A DNA stretch of 49,899 nucleotides, filler included, from Circinaria calcarea (Eukaryota), in assembly GCA_051942165.1 (NCBI GenBank). It is 2 parts of 2 records of this genome, joined end to end, with 100 filler letters (N's around TTAATTAATTAA, not from the genome) between each part and the next. Parts side by side here need not be neighbours in the genome. Positions count along the whole stretch, not along the records: positions 1 to 24,921 come from JAVECS010000100.1; 1 more part is not named here. One strand, written 5' to 3'. This document shows, piece after piece, positions 1 through 12,312 of this stretch (its first letter is position 1; the number at the start of each line of letters is the position of its first letter). The notes under the pieces were generated by a model. The model was not told where the DNA came from and made no database searches. It was given only the letters and a program-made list of their open reading frames with translations. The position numbers and the translations under genes are program-made.

Positions 1-397
1 AATTTGATTTGATTCTTTTTTTTTTAGGACTATCGAAAGTCGAACATGGGCGTTCGTTCTCCTAGATCATGCCTCTATATTAACAAATAAATTCTTAGAC
101 ATTAAAAAAGAAAGAGCAAAACTCGCAGACAACCGACCCCCTTCCTCCTTTTTTCCTCCTAACCATAGGTTCCAAGTTTACTTTCCCCCCTCCCCGTTTG
201 GCGCCGAGAAAAGCTACCGAGCATCCATCATCCATTCATAGGGCCCCCCAGCATTGACTATTAACATTTGTCAAGGAAAGCGAAGAGAATACCCGATCGC
301 ATTCGCCTCCACCCAAAGAGCAGACACCGGAATAAAATCAATTCCCCCTCCTCGTAGAAAAACCCCAGTATGTATATATGTCTCTCTCTTTCTCACT

Positions 398-1598
398 TCA
401 AGACGCAACAGAGTAACTATACGATTGAGAAACCGTGTAGCGATCGGTTCCACGGTATTGTCCGTAGTTGGTCGCATACGATCGGTCCCAGATCTGGCTG
501 TACAGGGAGCAGTACAGACCCTGGGGGATGGCATTCTGGGAAAGGACGTACGCGTTAAAGAAGACCTGGAAGACGGTTAGAAAATCAAAAGTCAATCACG
601 ATAGTAATTAGAGACGGTCGGTACATACGCAGCGCTGATACGTGCCGTCTGCGGCCGGGTGACGGCTGTTGTAGTCCGTTTCACTCGTGCAAGCGGCGGC
701 ACAGGTGGCAGTGTTGTAGCCTTGGGCTTGGTTGAAAGGGAAATATTTGTAACCCATGTACGAATTCTGGCCTGAAGTGGGGACGGGGGCGTTGATTGCT
801 CCACCGAGTGCGGTTGGGCCGTCGAAGCCGCTGATCTCCGGGGGCGGGGAGGCCTTGTTGTAAGCTGCGGTAATACGGTTAGTGTTCAGAATGTTTTGTG
901 TTGTGGGAATGATTGAACCTACCATTGGAAGCGGTAATGACTACGTGGAAAGTATTACGGTATTGTCCCTTATTGTTGGCCTCTTCGGGAACGACGGGGA
1001 CACCCCAGAGGGTACACTTGTAGTTTGTGACACTGGGAGGGTCCGGGCAGCTGACGGCATTGGTATCGACACTCGGGTCACGTTCGATGTACATGTTGAA
1101 AGCTACGCAGCCGGAAGCTTGATCGCAGAGCGAGGCACATTCGAGGGTATCGAAGCTCGTAAGGGTGGTAAGACCCATATACTTTGGAGCGCTCAGGGAG
1201 CCGTCGAGATTGGTAAAGACGTTCGAATATCCATCCGGTGTTGGGGCATTTGATGCCATTGCCTAAGAATGGTCAGAACCGGTTGAAGTCTTCCTTCTCC
1301 AAGTGGGCAACCTTACTGCAAGGACTGGGTTGCTAAGAAATGCTTCTGGTGTATCGGGAGAGGCAACTGGGCCGTAGCCCTTTGGCTGCGGTGAACAATC
1401 TCCATCTCGCTTCTTGATGACAACGTTTCGCTTGCGAGCAGGCGCGGCTTGCTGCTCAACATCGTATGCTGGACTGACAAGAACTGGATCAGGGGCAGCA
1501 TCAACACCGGCATAGTCGATTTCTTGGGGACGTGGAGCTGGAGCTGGAGCTGCAAGAGCCATGCCAAGAAGGGCGGAGAAGACGATTGCGGAACGCAT
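398..1598 (-). CDS. Secreted Cys-rich protein with two PAN/apple-like modules; 4 exons (1598-1317, 1262-923, 865-629, 565-398)
   Basis: Signal peptide MRSAIVFSALLGMALA, Kex2-like RKR/KKR sites, and GT-AG introns that join four ORF fragments in frame. Motifs CASLCDQASGCVAFNMY and CAAAC...CVFFNAY. Confidence 0.8.
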
Positions 1599-3705
1599 AT
1601 TGGTAGGGTTGGGCTGTCTGGAGTGGAACGAAAGTGGGGAATGGGACTGTGAATGGAACAGATGTGGGGAATAGAATCCTGAGTGGAAATGAATGAATGT
1701 TGCTCTGTAATGAAGAGCAGGAAAGAAAGGACCGCCAACGGACCTCTATCTTATACTCGGCGGGACCTGGCATCATCACGAGCACTTCACTCACTCCATG
1801 TTGACAACGGAACGAGGGCGAGAACAACGAGTCACTTTTGCCGAGACAGACGGTAAAGAATCCGAGTCCAGCCCGTCTGTTCTGCTGGCCATGGCCGGAG
1901 ATAAGCGAGAGAGGCTTCCTCCATGATCAGCCCCAAAGCATAGTGCATCAACGTGGAAGAAGTGTGATTGGGCCCGATGTGGATGCTCGTGGTACCAGGT
2001 AAGGTTAAACGAGTTCGAGACATTGTCAGCATGGAACCCACGTGTTTGCCGAACGGTCTCAAAATCACAAGGGGGAAAAAGATGCTTAATTGAGGAAAGG
2101 CGCGATGCGGAACGGTAACTGGAGCAGTTCCTTTGAGACTTGTGGAGAGCTGAAAGCCAAATATAGCAAGTAGATCACATAGCTTTCAGCTTTGAGACTT
2201 AACTCTAAGCGCAGCAATAGGCAAAGACGGGATGTTCGTATAACGCCAAACTTGAGAGTCGAAAGCGGACACGCGCAAGCCCATACTTCCCACGATATGG
2301 AACGGTGGCTTGACAGGTCACTACAAGGGTTTAGCACCAGTATATCCAGCTGGACGCTAGTATATACGTGTCGGCTATTCCTGAATGATCACCGATGGTT
2401 CTGGATATGATCCAAGTTTCCATCTTCTGCTTCTTTCAGCCCGAGGCTCCGAATGTTGGATAGGCCAGCCGCGAACAATATCATCAACGGTGAATGAGAT
2501 TAACAGCAATCATGTGGACGAACGCTAGTCCTAATCCAGCCCGCTTCACGCCAAACCACCTAAACATAAACAGGTTCATGATAACCGACGAATCCAGGCC
2601 CGAGCTTTCTGCGTCTCAGGGAATAGGGCTTACCTTGGCAATTTAGCTGCTTTCATCTAATCTTATCTTCGAAATTGTACCTGGGAATTCAAGGTAAACA
2701 AGGCGACCGTCCCGGAGCATCACTCATTTAACAGAGACCCCACACATGCCGGTTTCTCAGGCGAGCCGAGACACCCTGGCCCCATGACAAGTGCTCGCTC
2801 ATTATTTCCTCTCGCAAGTCCGAGTGAGGACCTATCTCCTAGACTGCCGACTCCCTCGGGCAAAACTATTAATATCTTGTGCAAAAACATCCTTCGTCTG
2901 CACAAATATCCCTCCGTGCACGACTGTCTCTCCTGCATATGTACTATGTATTGGAGTACTTCTAGGATCCCATGGGAGAAGACGCCTGCAGACTGAACCG
3001 CAGACTGAACCCCTACACAGTGCAGCTTGTTGTCTTGTTGACAAAGGTTGTTAATCGAGACCATCCTTTTGTTTCTTTCGAGAAGGGAAAGGGGTAACCT
3101 TGCATATTGATCCCAAGTCTCCTCGAAGCATACCAGCAGAAAGAACCTAATCCAGACAGTAAAGTCCCAGAAAACAAGCAATACTTGTCTGAGTGCGAAT
3201 TTGGGGTGTCAGTGCGGGTCAGACAAACTACGGGCTAGACTCTCGAAGTGGGCACACTCTCCTCGTAGGCTCGCAGAGGTGGTACTACCTTCTCCTTGTA
3301 AGCAGATGCTGGGCGTAACGGATCTCATAATATCATATGCGTCCTTCGGGTGCTAGAAGCCATCTGAGTGTTTCCGCCCGAGTCAGCCCCACGGATGAAT
3401 TTGCAGATTTCCAAAGACCTCGGAATGCACAAAGAGTATGCTGTGAGACGTCTCAATTTCTTTAGATCTAAAATACGATGACAGTTGGCCCAAAGTTCAA
3501 TGCTCCCATCATGAGCCACGCCTCGCGCCAGAGCAGACCGCTGAAGCGGAGCACCTACCACGTCTATGTCTATTGTGGGAACCTGTATGATGCCGTCTTC
3601 GCTGATGACAGACCCGCAATATCTTTCCAGTCATCCATTCGCTATTCCGGTGCCGACATGTACTGATGAAGACAAGATCCGCAACATGTGTACCCTATGA
3701 ACTGC

Positions 3706-4943
3706 TCACGTGGATGGCTGTAGAGTCATTCTGTCCTCCTCCTTCGATTGAAACGGTACTCCTAGTTCAAAGAGCTTGACGATGACATCTCGGAACTCGG
3801 AGAAGAATGCCTGGTCGTCCTTGGCATAGCGCTCAACGTGTTTCTTGAAGTCTTTATCCTGAATAAGAGCCATGTCGGTCGGAAGCATCATGAGAGATTT
3901 ACTTCCCATATCCTCGAATTGCTTTGGTCCATTCCACTTGCGATAATTCCACTTCTCCCCAAGTAGTAGACGATAGTAGTCATTCGACATCACGGTTGGA
4001 CTGAAGCTCCAAGGACCTTCAAACCCACTTCGGTCAGTGTGGCATCGCCCCAACGCATGTGCCCCGCTCAAGGCAACAATCTCCCGGTCGTCGAAGCCCA
4101 TGCGACCAAAAATCGCCCGTAAGTGACTCTGCTCCTTGGACGCGTCGGGAAGACGGCCATCAGGGGTACACATTGCCACATCCCTATCCGCACGACCTGG
4201 TCTCCATGGAATAACCGGTCCTTGCATTTCTTGGATGGCGCAGACACCGGCAAGAGTCCACAAATCCGAGTAGGTTATCCATGGATATTTTTCTGAGGTC
4301 CCGTTAGGAGTTTGTTAATTTGAGGGGAAGAAGTATGAAGAGTACCTTTGATGGGTTCTAGAAAGTCACGAGCAGCCTTGAGGCCGGCATTCGCACCGTG
4401 GTCACTTTCCGGGGCAAATCTCATGGTGGCACCGTTGGATCCACCCGTGTTGGTTAACTTGTCGTACCTACAGGCTATGAGTACACACATATCCGAGTAG
4501 GATATGAAGCAGCCAGAAGCTTACGTTCCACTACAATGCCATGCCAATCTCACCAGTACCGGTCCATAACTACCATCATCGTAGTCATCCTTCTCTGCCA
4601 AAGCCTTGGCAATTTCATTATAGACTTTCTGATAATCCTCTTTGGTCGGTGTAAAAAGACCTCGGGTTTCTCCTGCGCTTCCCTCTTTCAAGGTTGTAAT
4701 CCCGCCATTGGCGTTGTAGAAGTAGACACCGGCGCCAGCGGCTGCAGCGAGTCCGATGCCCCAATAAAGGTATGGTTTGGAGGGATTTGAACCAGGACCA
4801 GAAGCATAGCCCCGGCGTGATGATCTGAAAGCCTGCCGTTGGAGCGCGAGGCGAGAGTTACGTGAGGCTGCGTATGGGATGGACGAGGCGAAGGGCGTTG
4901 AGCGCGTAGCCACACGGGTGAACGACCTAGCAGCAGTAGCCAT
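3706..4943 (-). CDS. CCP1: Mitochondrial cytochrome c peroxidase (class I heme peroxidase), 3 exons
   Basis: Arg/Ser-rich mitochondrial presequence plus TM segment; [11 protein letters not shown] distal motif; [23 protein letters not shown] proximal His motif; [10 protein letters not shown]. Confidence 0.96.
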
Positions 4944-5705
4944 AACTGAGGAGGGTATGAGGAGTCAGGGTTGAATATTCAGACGGAATACTATGTATGC
5001 AGCCTCGAAAGGTTCGCTGTCCTTGACCTGAGAGATGGATTGTAAGTTTTGTAAGTGAGTCGATTCGACTGCAGTACGAAGCAATAAGCTGAGGGTCTCA
5101 CGATCCACGATAATCACTAGTCTCAAAAAAAGAATTTCCGGGATTTTGATTGGACCGAGAGCCCACATCGGGAGATAATGCATTTTCGAGGGCCTTCCCC
5201 TGCCGATCCTGACTTGCAGGACTCACATGTGCTCGAGGGATCTGTTGCAGAGACACGACAAGTGTCTATAAGGATGGCATACGTCTTCTTCTCAAAGGCC
5301 ATAAAACTTGGAGTTCTTACGCCTTATCAAACGTTTATTGGACTTCTGATCTGATAGTGTTCAAAAAAGCAGGGTCCCTGGAGCTGTCTCTATCTTACCG
5401 GTCCTTCTTTCATCCGGTGATTATTATGCAAGGACCCGCTAGACTTGACGGGATTTTGTAAGTGAAGATCAAAGAAACTTATTAATGTACGGAGTACAGT
5501 TTGAGGTTCTTCACTCATGTGGAACTTTAACAATTTGACTTTGCTAATTGTTGAGTTTTTTAAAGCTCACAAGTTTATACTAGAAATCTAGGCTGCTGTA
5601 GGCTGCCTCAATCTACATACAGTGAGTCCGTCATTTGAAGCCGCAGTTTGTGCATAGAAACGTTCCAATGCGTAGCGCTGGTAGAAACCATTAAGATCCT
5701 GCACC

Positions 5706-8594
5706 TCAGTAGGCAATACCTAACTTCCGCTTCTCAGGACTGCTCTCGACCGCTGGGAAAAGGCTTTCGAAAACACGTAGGGCATCTTCGTGACTAGGAT
5801 CGTGCAAAGCAATGTACAGATTCTCGGTTGAGCGAAACAGTATACACTCTCTCACCCACTCATGTCTCGGATGAGAGTAGTTACCAAAGTGGCGCGTCAA
5901 ATCCCCAAACGACTGGCCCCTATTGATGAAGCGGTTGTTCTTGGAGGGGTCTGGTTGTGCACAGCACCACCCACACCTGAAACCATCAAAGAGGGTATGG
6001 TATCCCGCCTTTAGAAGAGCGACTTGCAAGTCGCTCACCACCTCAAAGTCAGGGCCAGTGTCCGCCGTCATCTGGTACCTCTGCAGAGCAAATTCGAAAG
6101 CTATCTGCGCCACGTACTCCGAGTCAATGGAGGTTGTGTGAAATGCCCCGGCCACGTAAAGGATATTCTTTACAAACTCGTTATTCGAGTAACCCAGCTC
6201 AGACGATACTCGTCGGTCTTTGAAAGCATCCTCGATGGGTGTGGTCATGATAGTTGTGGCCGGCTCATGCTGGTATTCGTCAGAATCCTCGTCAAGGTCC
6301 CATTTACCAGGAGCAGTCTGGTGTTCGGCAAGTATCGGTAGGTTCTTGGGCCATTCAATGCGATGCCAAGCAAATACCCCTTTACGCAAACGCCACAAGC
6401 CGAAACCAACAGCAGTCGTAGAATGTGTCTGGCTGACATGACACAAGAGATCGGTAAACTTCCATCGACAGGTCGTAGAATACCGAGTACAGAATGGACA
6501 CTTGAGCATGGTGGCTGCTATTACACGACCCTCGTCATTCCAGCTACGGATAATCGGCTCTAATTTTAAATCGTACACCCTTTTAGCATCTGCCAGCAAA
6601 AGGCGGTATGGACCGTTCTCGTCGCTAGGTTTCAAAGCGTTGTCAACAGAATCGTATTCCTTTCGGATTAACTTGAGCGCCAAAGGTGTCAGATCTTGGT
6701 CCGCGACTCTTGTGGATCTGTTAGCGTTGATCAGACGCCCAAGAACAATATCTGCGATAGCTAAGATGATGGTTGAACCTGGAGTGGGCATGACGGTTTG
6801 TTGGTCCATCACTGTAATATTCCCAAATAGTACGTGTTCCACCGCAAGATCCTTATCGTCCTCTTCTTCCTTGAGTATTCGCTCAGCATCTATGCGTTCT
6901 ACCGCTAGCTTCTTTTCCAACGACTTCCAAGAGCGCACGCTAGGTGGTTTTGCAATCAAGATGGCCCGCTGAAAGGAGGCGGTGAGACGAAGTGCATCGG
7001 GTTCGAGAGGAGGCTCCATTTCCCGTGCCAGATTCTCAAAGTATGCAAACCTTTCCTCTTTGAAGCTCTTTGCAACCTCCATTTTCTCTCGCTTTGATTC
7101 CTCGACCCAGGTCTCAACACGCTGGAGTTCTTTGACCAAATCGTCTCTCTGCTTTCTCTTAGCCTCGTACCAGGCTTCCGTTCCCTCGTCCGATTTCAAG
7201 GTCTTGTTAGGACCAGTGTTATTTAATTCCTCAATTTCCTGAATCGCTTCAAAGACTGCCCGGCGCTCATATCCGCGCTTGTTTCCCGGGTCCTTGAGCC
7301 AGTCAGGAATGGGGTCGTATTTATCGGTGCATTGATAGACCTCCCAGCGATCAAAAGTAGCAAAATGGACACACTTAAACAAATCAGGGTAGTTCTTTAC
7401 AAAGGCTTGAGTCGCAGATTCCTGAATGAATGTTAATATGCTACTTTCAACCAGTCGTTGTGTTAGTGTGAAGAATAAACTTGCCATGATAACTCTTTTT
7501 TTCAGGCATGGTTCACACCACCTTCGCAGAAAAGCCCAATACGTCTATATCCAAAGAGCAGCCTGTTAGCAAAAAAGCCACGTAAATCGCAAGTTACTTG
7601 CCTTTCGAGATCGGTTTTTACACCACTTTGCTTGACAACCCATACCGGTCAGAAGGTCAGCAAATTGAAATTCCGTTAACCCAGCGGGTGGGTCCGGGAA
7701 TTCGGGGCCGTAGTTTAGCATTCGTGCCTCTCTCCAGGTAGATTCGTAGCCAAGAGCCAACAGAAAGTCTTTACTGACGGTACGAGCTTTGATGAGAAAG
7801 TCCAAGGGGCAGAAGGCAAAAATGCTCCTCCAGACATCTAAGGGGATCCGTGTAGCCACGGGCTTACTTGTCCGAAGACAAGTTGGGGTACGATGTCTAC
7901 CCCTGGCGTGTGAGCTAGTGGTCTTGGGCCGTCCACCGTTTTTTTGCTTCTTGTCCTTTAGCTCGGACGGCAATCCTTCTCTGAGCCGTAAACATGACAC
8001 CTCCCTGTCCATCTCAGACATGGCAATATCTGACTGAAGTCGCTGGACGTCATCGTCGGTCTGAGCAGAAGAGGAAATCTGCCTTGGTTGCTCTTCCATG
8101 GGTCCATCTTGACCGTCCTTTATCTTCTTGATAGATGTTGGCAACTCGGCATCCTCGATAACGTCCGCTTTACGCTTGGGTGGAGAGGGTTTTTTAACCG
8201 CCGTCCAAGATTGCGATTGCCGTGTGGCCTTCTTTGAGTCGGCATAACCACCGGTAATTGAAAGCGGCAATTTGGAAGCTTTCGAGGTAACCTTGCGACC
8301 TATGCTTGATGGGGTCTGAATGTCGAAGCGGGTGTATTTAAACTTCTCTTTCGGGGTTATAAGAATGGGTGTCTCTTGCTTGAAGTCATGAGATGTTCCG
8401 CCGCTATGATCTAAGTTCCCTAGCATACCACGCGGGGGAAGGGCATTCTTGCTTGCGCCCAGCTTAGTTGGAGTGAGCTTCAAGGTTGCGGTGCCAGGTG
8501 TCTTGAGTGTGCCTTGCTGCCGATGGGATTTGGCGGTGGTGACTTTCTTGGGCTTGTGAACGGCGCCATCGGGTGGTTCTTGGGTTGAATCCAT
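5706..8594 (-). CDS. F-box domain protein; exons 8594-7602, 7544-7485, 7421-5706
   Basis: F-box-like RIPLDVWRSIFAFCPLDFLIKARTVSK, followed after splicing by CQAKWC..RK|TYWAFLRRWCEPCL. C-terminal CPFC...H...H and CGWC...H zinc-finger-like motifs. Confidence 0.8.
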
Positions 8595-9565
8595 GGCTTA
8601 GGAGGTAGCCATACGAGAAGTATGATCGGAAACTTGACGATAAACCTGATGTACCATAAGGGTAGAAGCAAAGTGGTGCAAACGACAGCAAGCAAGTGTT
8701 GGAGGAAGCAGTCAGAAGATTCGATGAGAGTAGAAGAAGCTCATGGCCGATGTGTTGACCAGCTTGACCAGCCTGAACAACAGTCGCGAGAGAAATAATC
8801 CTTGCCATCTTGTCTCTAATCGATACGCACAGACGTATTGCATCCGATTGGTGCGCTGGAAAGTGAGAAAAGAAGGGCCAGACAAGCTAAAGAGGCGATG
8901 GAGTCGGACCGTAGTGGGCAGCTATAGTTTCGGCTGGACTTGTGTCTGGCCGATTTTGAAAATGCACTCCCCGTGTTTAGCAAATTGTCGCCTGTACCCC
9001 TAAAATTGCTTAGTACCATTTTTCAAGGAGGTGAAGAGAAGGAGGCTACGACATAAGGTTAAGCCCTTCCCTCTTCGCTTGGCTGCCTCTGTTATAATAC
9101 TTTGCGCTGACTGACTTCATCTTACTATTACTTCACGTCCAAGAGATCCTACTGCGACAGAGCCAACCAGGCGACGTTGAGACTGAATATTGATTGTTCC
9201 ATTGTACGGAGTATAATACCCTTCGGTAAAACGGTCCCACCGAGAAATAACAGTTCTTTGTGGAGACCCTTGTACTACTTACTATCTTATCACATCAACT
9301 TTCTCATCTGCTCTCTGGGTTGCATATGTGAAACTTAGCTTGCACCTTCGCGCTTATATCTCGAACATCACATGCGCGTTCGGATCAAGCAGGAATAATT
9401 GGGTGGGGAGAAGTTACTCTGATGCAGGTATACATATCCCAGTATGTGATATCCTCTCGAACATTTCAAGATCTGACCCAACAAATACATTCTCTGTTGT
9501 ATCACAAAGACCCCATCCACGTCGTCTTGTCAAGCAGGGTTATTCTCTCAACCGTCAAACGGCTT

Positions 9566-9595
9566 GTTCGGGTTCGGGTTCGGGTGCGGGTTCGG
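9566..9595 (+). repeat. (GTTCGG)n hexamer repeat containing four GGG runs
   Basis: gttcgggttcgggttcgggtgcgggttcgg read directly from the sequence, ~230 bp upstream of the MFS start codon. Confidence 0.85.
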
Positions 9596-9821
9596 ATGTG
9601 CTACGACATGAAATCCTTGCCCGCATTTAAAGCCGCGCTACTCCGTACCCTATGGGATAATTACCTTGTCTGATTTTCCTGGTTGATGTTACTAACCCTT
9701 ACTCTATATACGAGATGATCAATCCCATACATAAGTAAAAGTTGCAGCACAATATCTACTTGGCATATCTCAGTTCGATCCACATCTCGTGCGGCAAGAA
9801 ACACCTCTAGCATATTGAAAG

Positions 9822-11949
9822 ATGGGCAAGCACGCAAGTAAGTTGTTCGCGGCTGTCCGCTCCCAGAGTAAGCTTTAGTATTCTTGAGTCACGATTGACA
9901 CTTTGTGAAGAGACCTTGGATCCATCAGGTTCGCTGCATGATCAAGAAAAGCATGCGACCAATTCCTACTACGCGGAAGGGGAGGACGTCGATGACCCGG
10001 CGGTCATTTGCCCCCCACACACGACCGAGAAGAAGTTGCTGGCAAGAATCGACCTGAAGGTGATTCCAATTCTAAGTATCATGTACCTCTTGGCTTTTCT
10101 TGACAGGTATGGCTACGATCCCCTTTTCCCGTCTTCCTCGTTCTAATGATGGGTCTACAGGACCAACATTGCGAATGCCGCAGGTACGAAGGAGGCTTTT
10201 AGCCATGATGTCCCCCCATCAGTAGACTGTACTGATCACTCTTAGTCTTTGGTCTGTCCGAAGACCTCGGACTAAAGGTGGGAAGTAATGAATACAATAC
10301 CGCATTGACCATCTTCTTCGTTCCTTACATAGTGAGTAATCTCAGCCTCTTCTACCAAGCCTTCTAATAGGCAAGATAGCTCTTTGAAATTCCCTCCAAC
10401 GTCCTTTTGAAGAAGCTTAAGCCTCACGTTTGGTGTAAGGTCCCCCAAGTCCTGAACCTCTAGGCAATGGTTAATCAAGTACTGCTGCAGTGTCTGGCTG
10501 TATGTTCCTTTTCGGTCTTGTTACGGTAAGACCGGTCAGTCCCAAGGCCTTCACAGGGACTCATATGCTATAAAAGATATGCCAAGGTCTCGTTAAGAAC
10601 TATAGTGGCCTCCTTGCCACCCGATTCTTCCTTGGTCTCGCCGAAACGGGAATGTTCCCTGGCTGTATGTGGCAGTCTTCTGCCGTTACATTGAGTATAA
10701 CTAATCCAGGCAGGTTTCTACCTAATTGGGATGTGGTACAAACGTTCCGAGGCGCAGAAACGTTACTCCTTTTTCTTCAGCAGCACAACACTGGCGGGTG
10801 CCTTCGGTGGTCTCCTGGCCTCTGCCATTGGCAAAATGAATGGAATTCGTGGCTATTCAGCCTGGCGATGGATATTCATCTTAGAGGGGTTGCTCACTTG
10901 CGTGGTTGCCATTGCATTCTTCTGGCTTATCCCCGAGTTCCCGGAAGAAGCCAAGTGGTTGACAGAAGAGGAACGGACTTATGTGAAGGAGCGCCTGCAG
11001 AAGGACCAAGGACGCAGTGCAGCAGAGCGGCAGATTCGCTTCAAGGACGTGGCGGCAGTCTTTAAAGATTTCAAGATCTTTGTTGGTGGCTTCATGTACT
11101 TTGGTATGTCTGAGGTCAACCGTTTATCAGCAGCTACTGATCCCAGCTCTCCTTTCATCAAGGTCTCATCGTACCCGCGTACGGTTTTGCATTCTTCGCA
11201 CCGAGTATTATCAGGACCTACGGCTATAGCCCAATCGGCACGCAACGTTCGTGGATAGCCTTTTGCCCTTCTTAGCTCTCATACACTGATGACGGTCTGG
11301 CACAGTACATTCTGTTCCTCCATGGGCTGCTGCCTTTGGCTTTGCAATGCTCATAGCCTATTTCTCCGACAAGGCCCGCCACCGCTTCCTCTTCGCAATA
11401 TTCTCCATCTGCGTCTCCATCACCGGCTTCGCCATCCTCATCTCCGTCAACAACCGGCACAACCTCCAGTACGGCGCCCTCTTCCTAGTTACGACGGGTA
11501 CCTACGGCGCAATGCCCATTCTCGGTATGTGTAAATTAATAACTGTTCTCTTAAAATCCATGCTAACTTCTGGCAGTTTGCTGGTTTAATTTAAACCTAG
11601 GTTTGTCATGGCTCATCGGGATCTGTTTTGACATCACGCTAAGATTGTTCCGTGTACAGGTGGCCATCACCGCCGCGCCGTGGGTACCGCCTGGCAGATC
11701 GGTTTTGGGAACATCGGAGGCATCATCGCCACGTATGCATTCCTGGTCACGGATGCGCCGCTGTACCGGCGGGGATATGGCATCTGCATCGGATTCATCT
11801 GCCTCAGCGCGGCGAGCTGTGTCGTCTACTTTGTGAGTGTGCTGGTCCAGAATCGGAATCGGGACCGGTCGCCGAGGGACTTGAACTTGACGGAATTCGA
11901 AAAGACGGAAAAGGGGGACATGAGTCCGGATTATAGGTATCTGTTGTAA
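9822..11949 (+). CDS. MFS transporter, anion:cation symporter family (allantoate/nicotinate permease-like), about 11 introns
   Basis: KIDLKVIP-like start (RIDLKVIPILSIMYLLAFLDR|TNIANA), FEIPSN, TRFFLGLAETGMFPG, WYKRSEAQKRYSFFFSS, AWRWIFILEG, QLHSVPPW, GHHRRAVGTAWQIGFGNIGG, C-terminal PDYRYLL. The start codon is inferred. Confidence 0.93.
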
Positions 11950-12312
11950 GATAGCCGAGACGACGCTTTACTTGCTGCTGTGTCAGAGGCAATAGATTTT
12001 AACACTTGGCACGAGCAAATTTCACAAGGAAATACCTGTCATACAACATGTTATGGTTGAGATTATTCTATACCTAGCATGGACAAACTCTTGGAAACAA
12101 AAGACTTTAAAAGTCATCACCAAAGGTTGAGATTATTCTACACCGACGGTAAGATAATTTCAGCACGAAGAGTTTTATTGCACATCACTATGAGTGAGAT
12201 AGGTTTATATATACCAAAACACCTAAATACTTACACCTATCGAATTAGCGATGCAAAAACTCCAACTCCTGAATCCTTGCAACACATCCTTGCCACTTAC
12301 CTACCTATCTAC

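Noticed and set aside
2720..3666. Small ORFs between the secreted protein gene and CCP1
   Set aside because: No family motifs and no coherent exon chain could be built.
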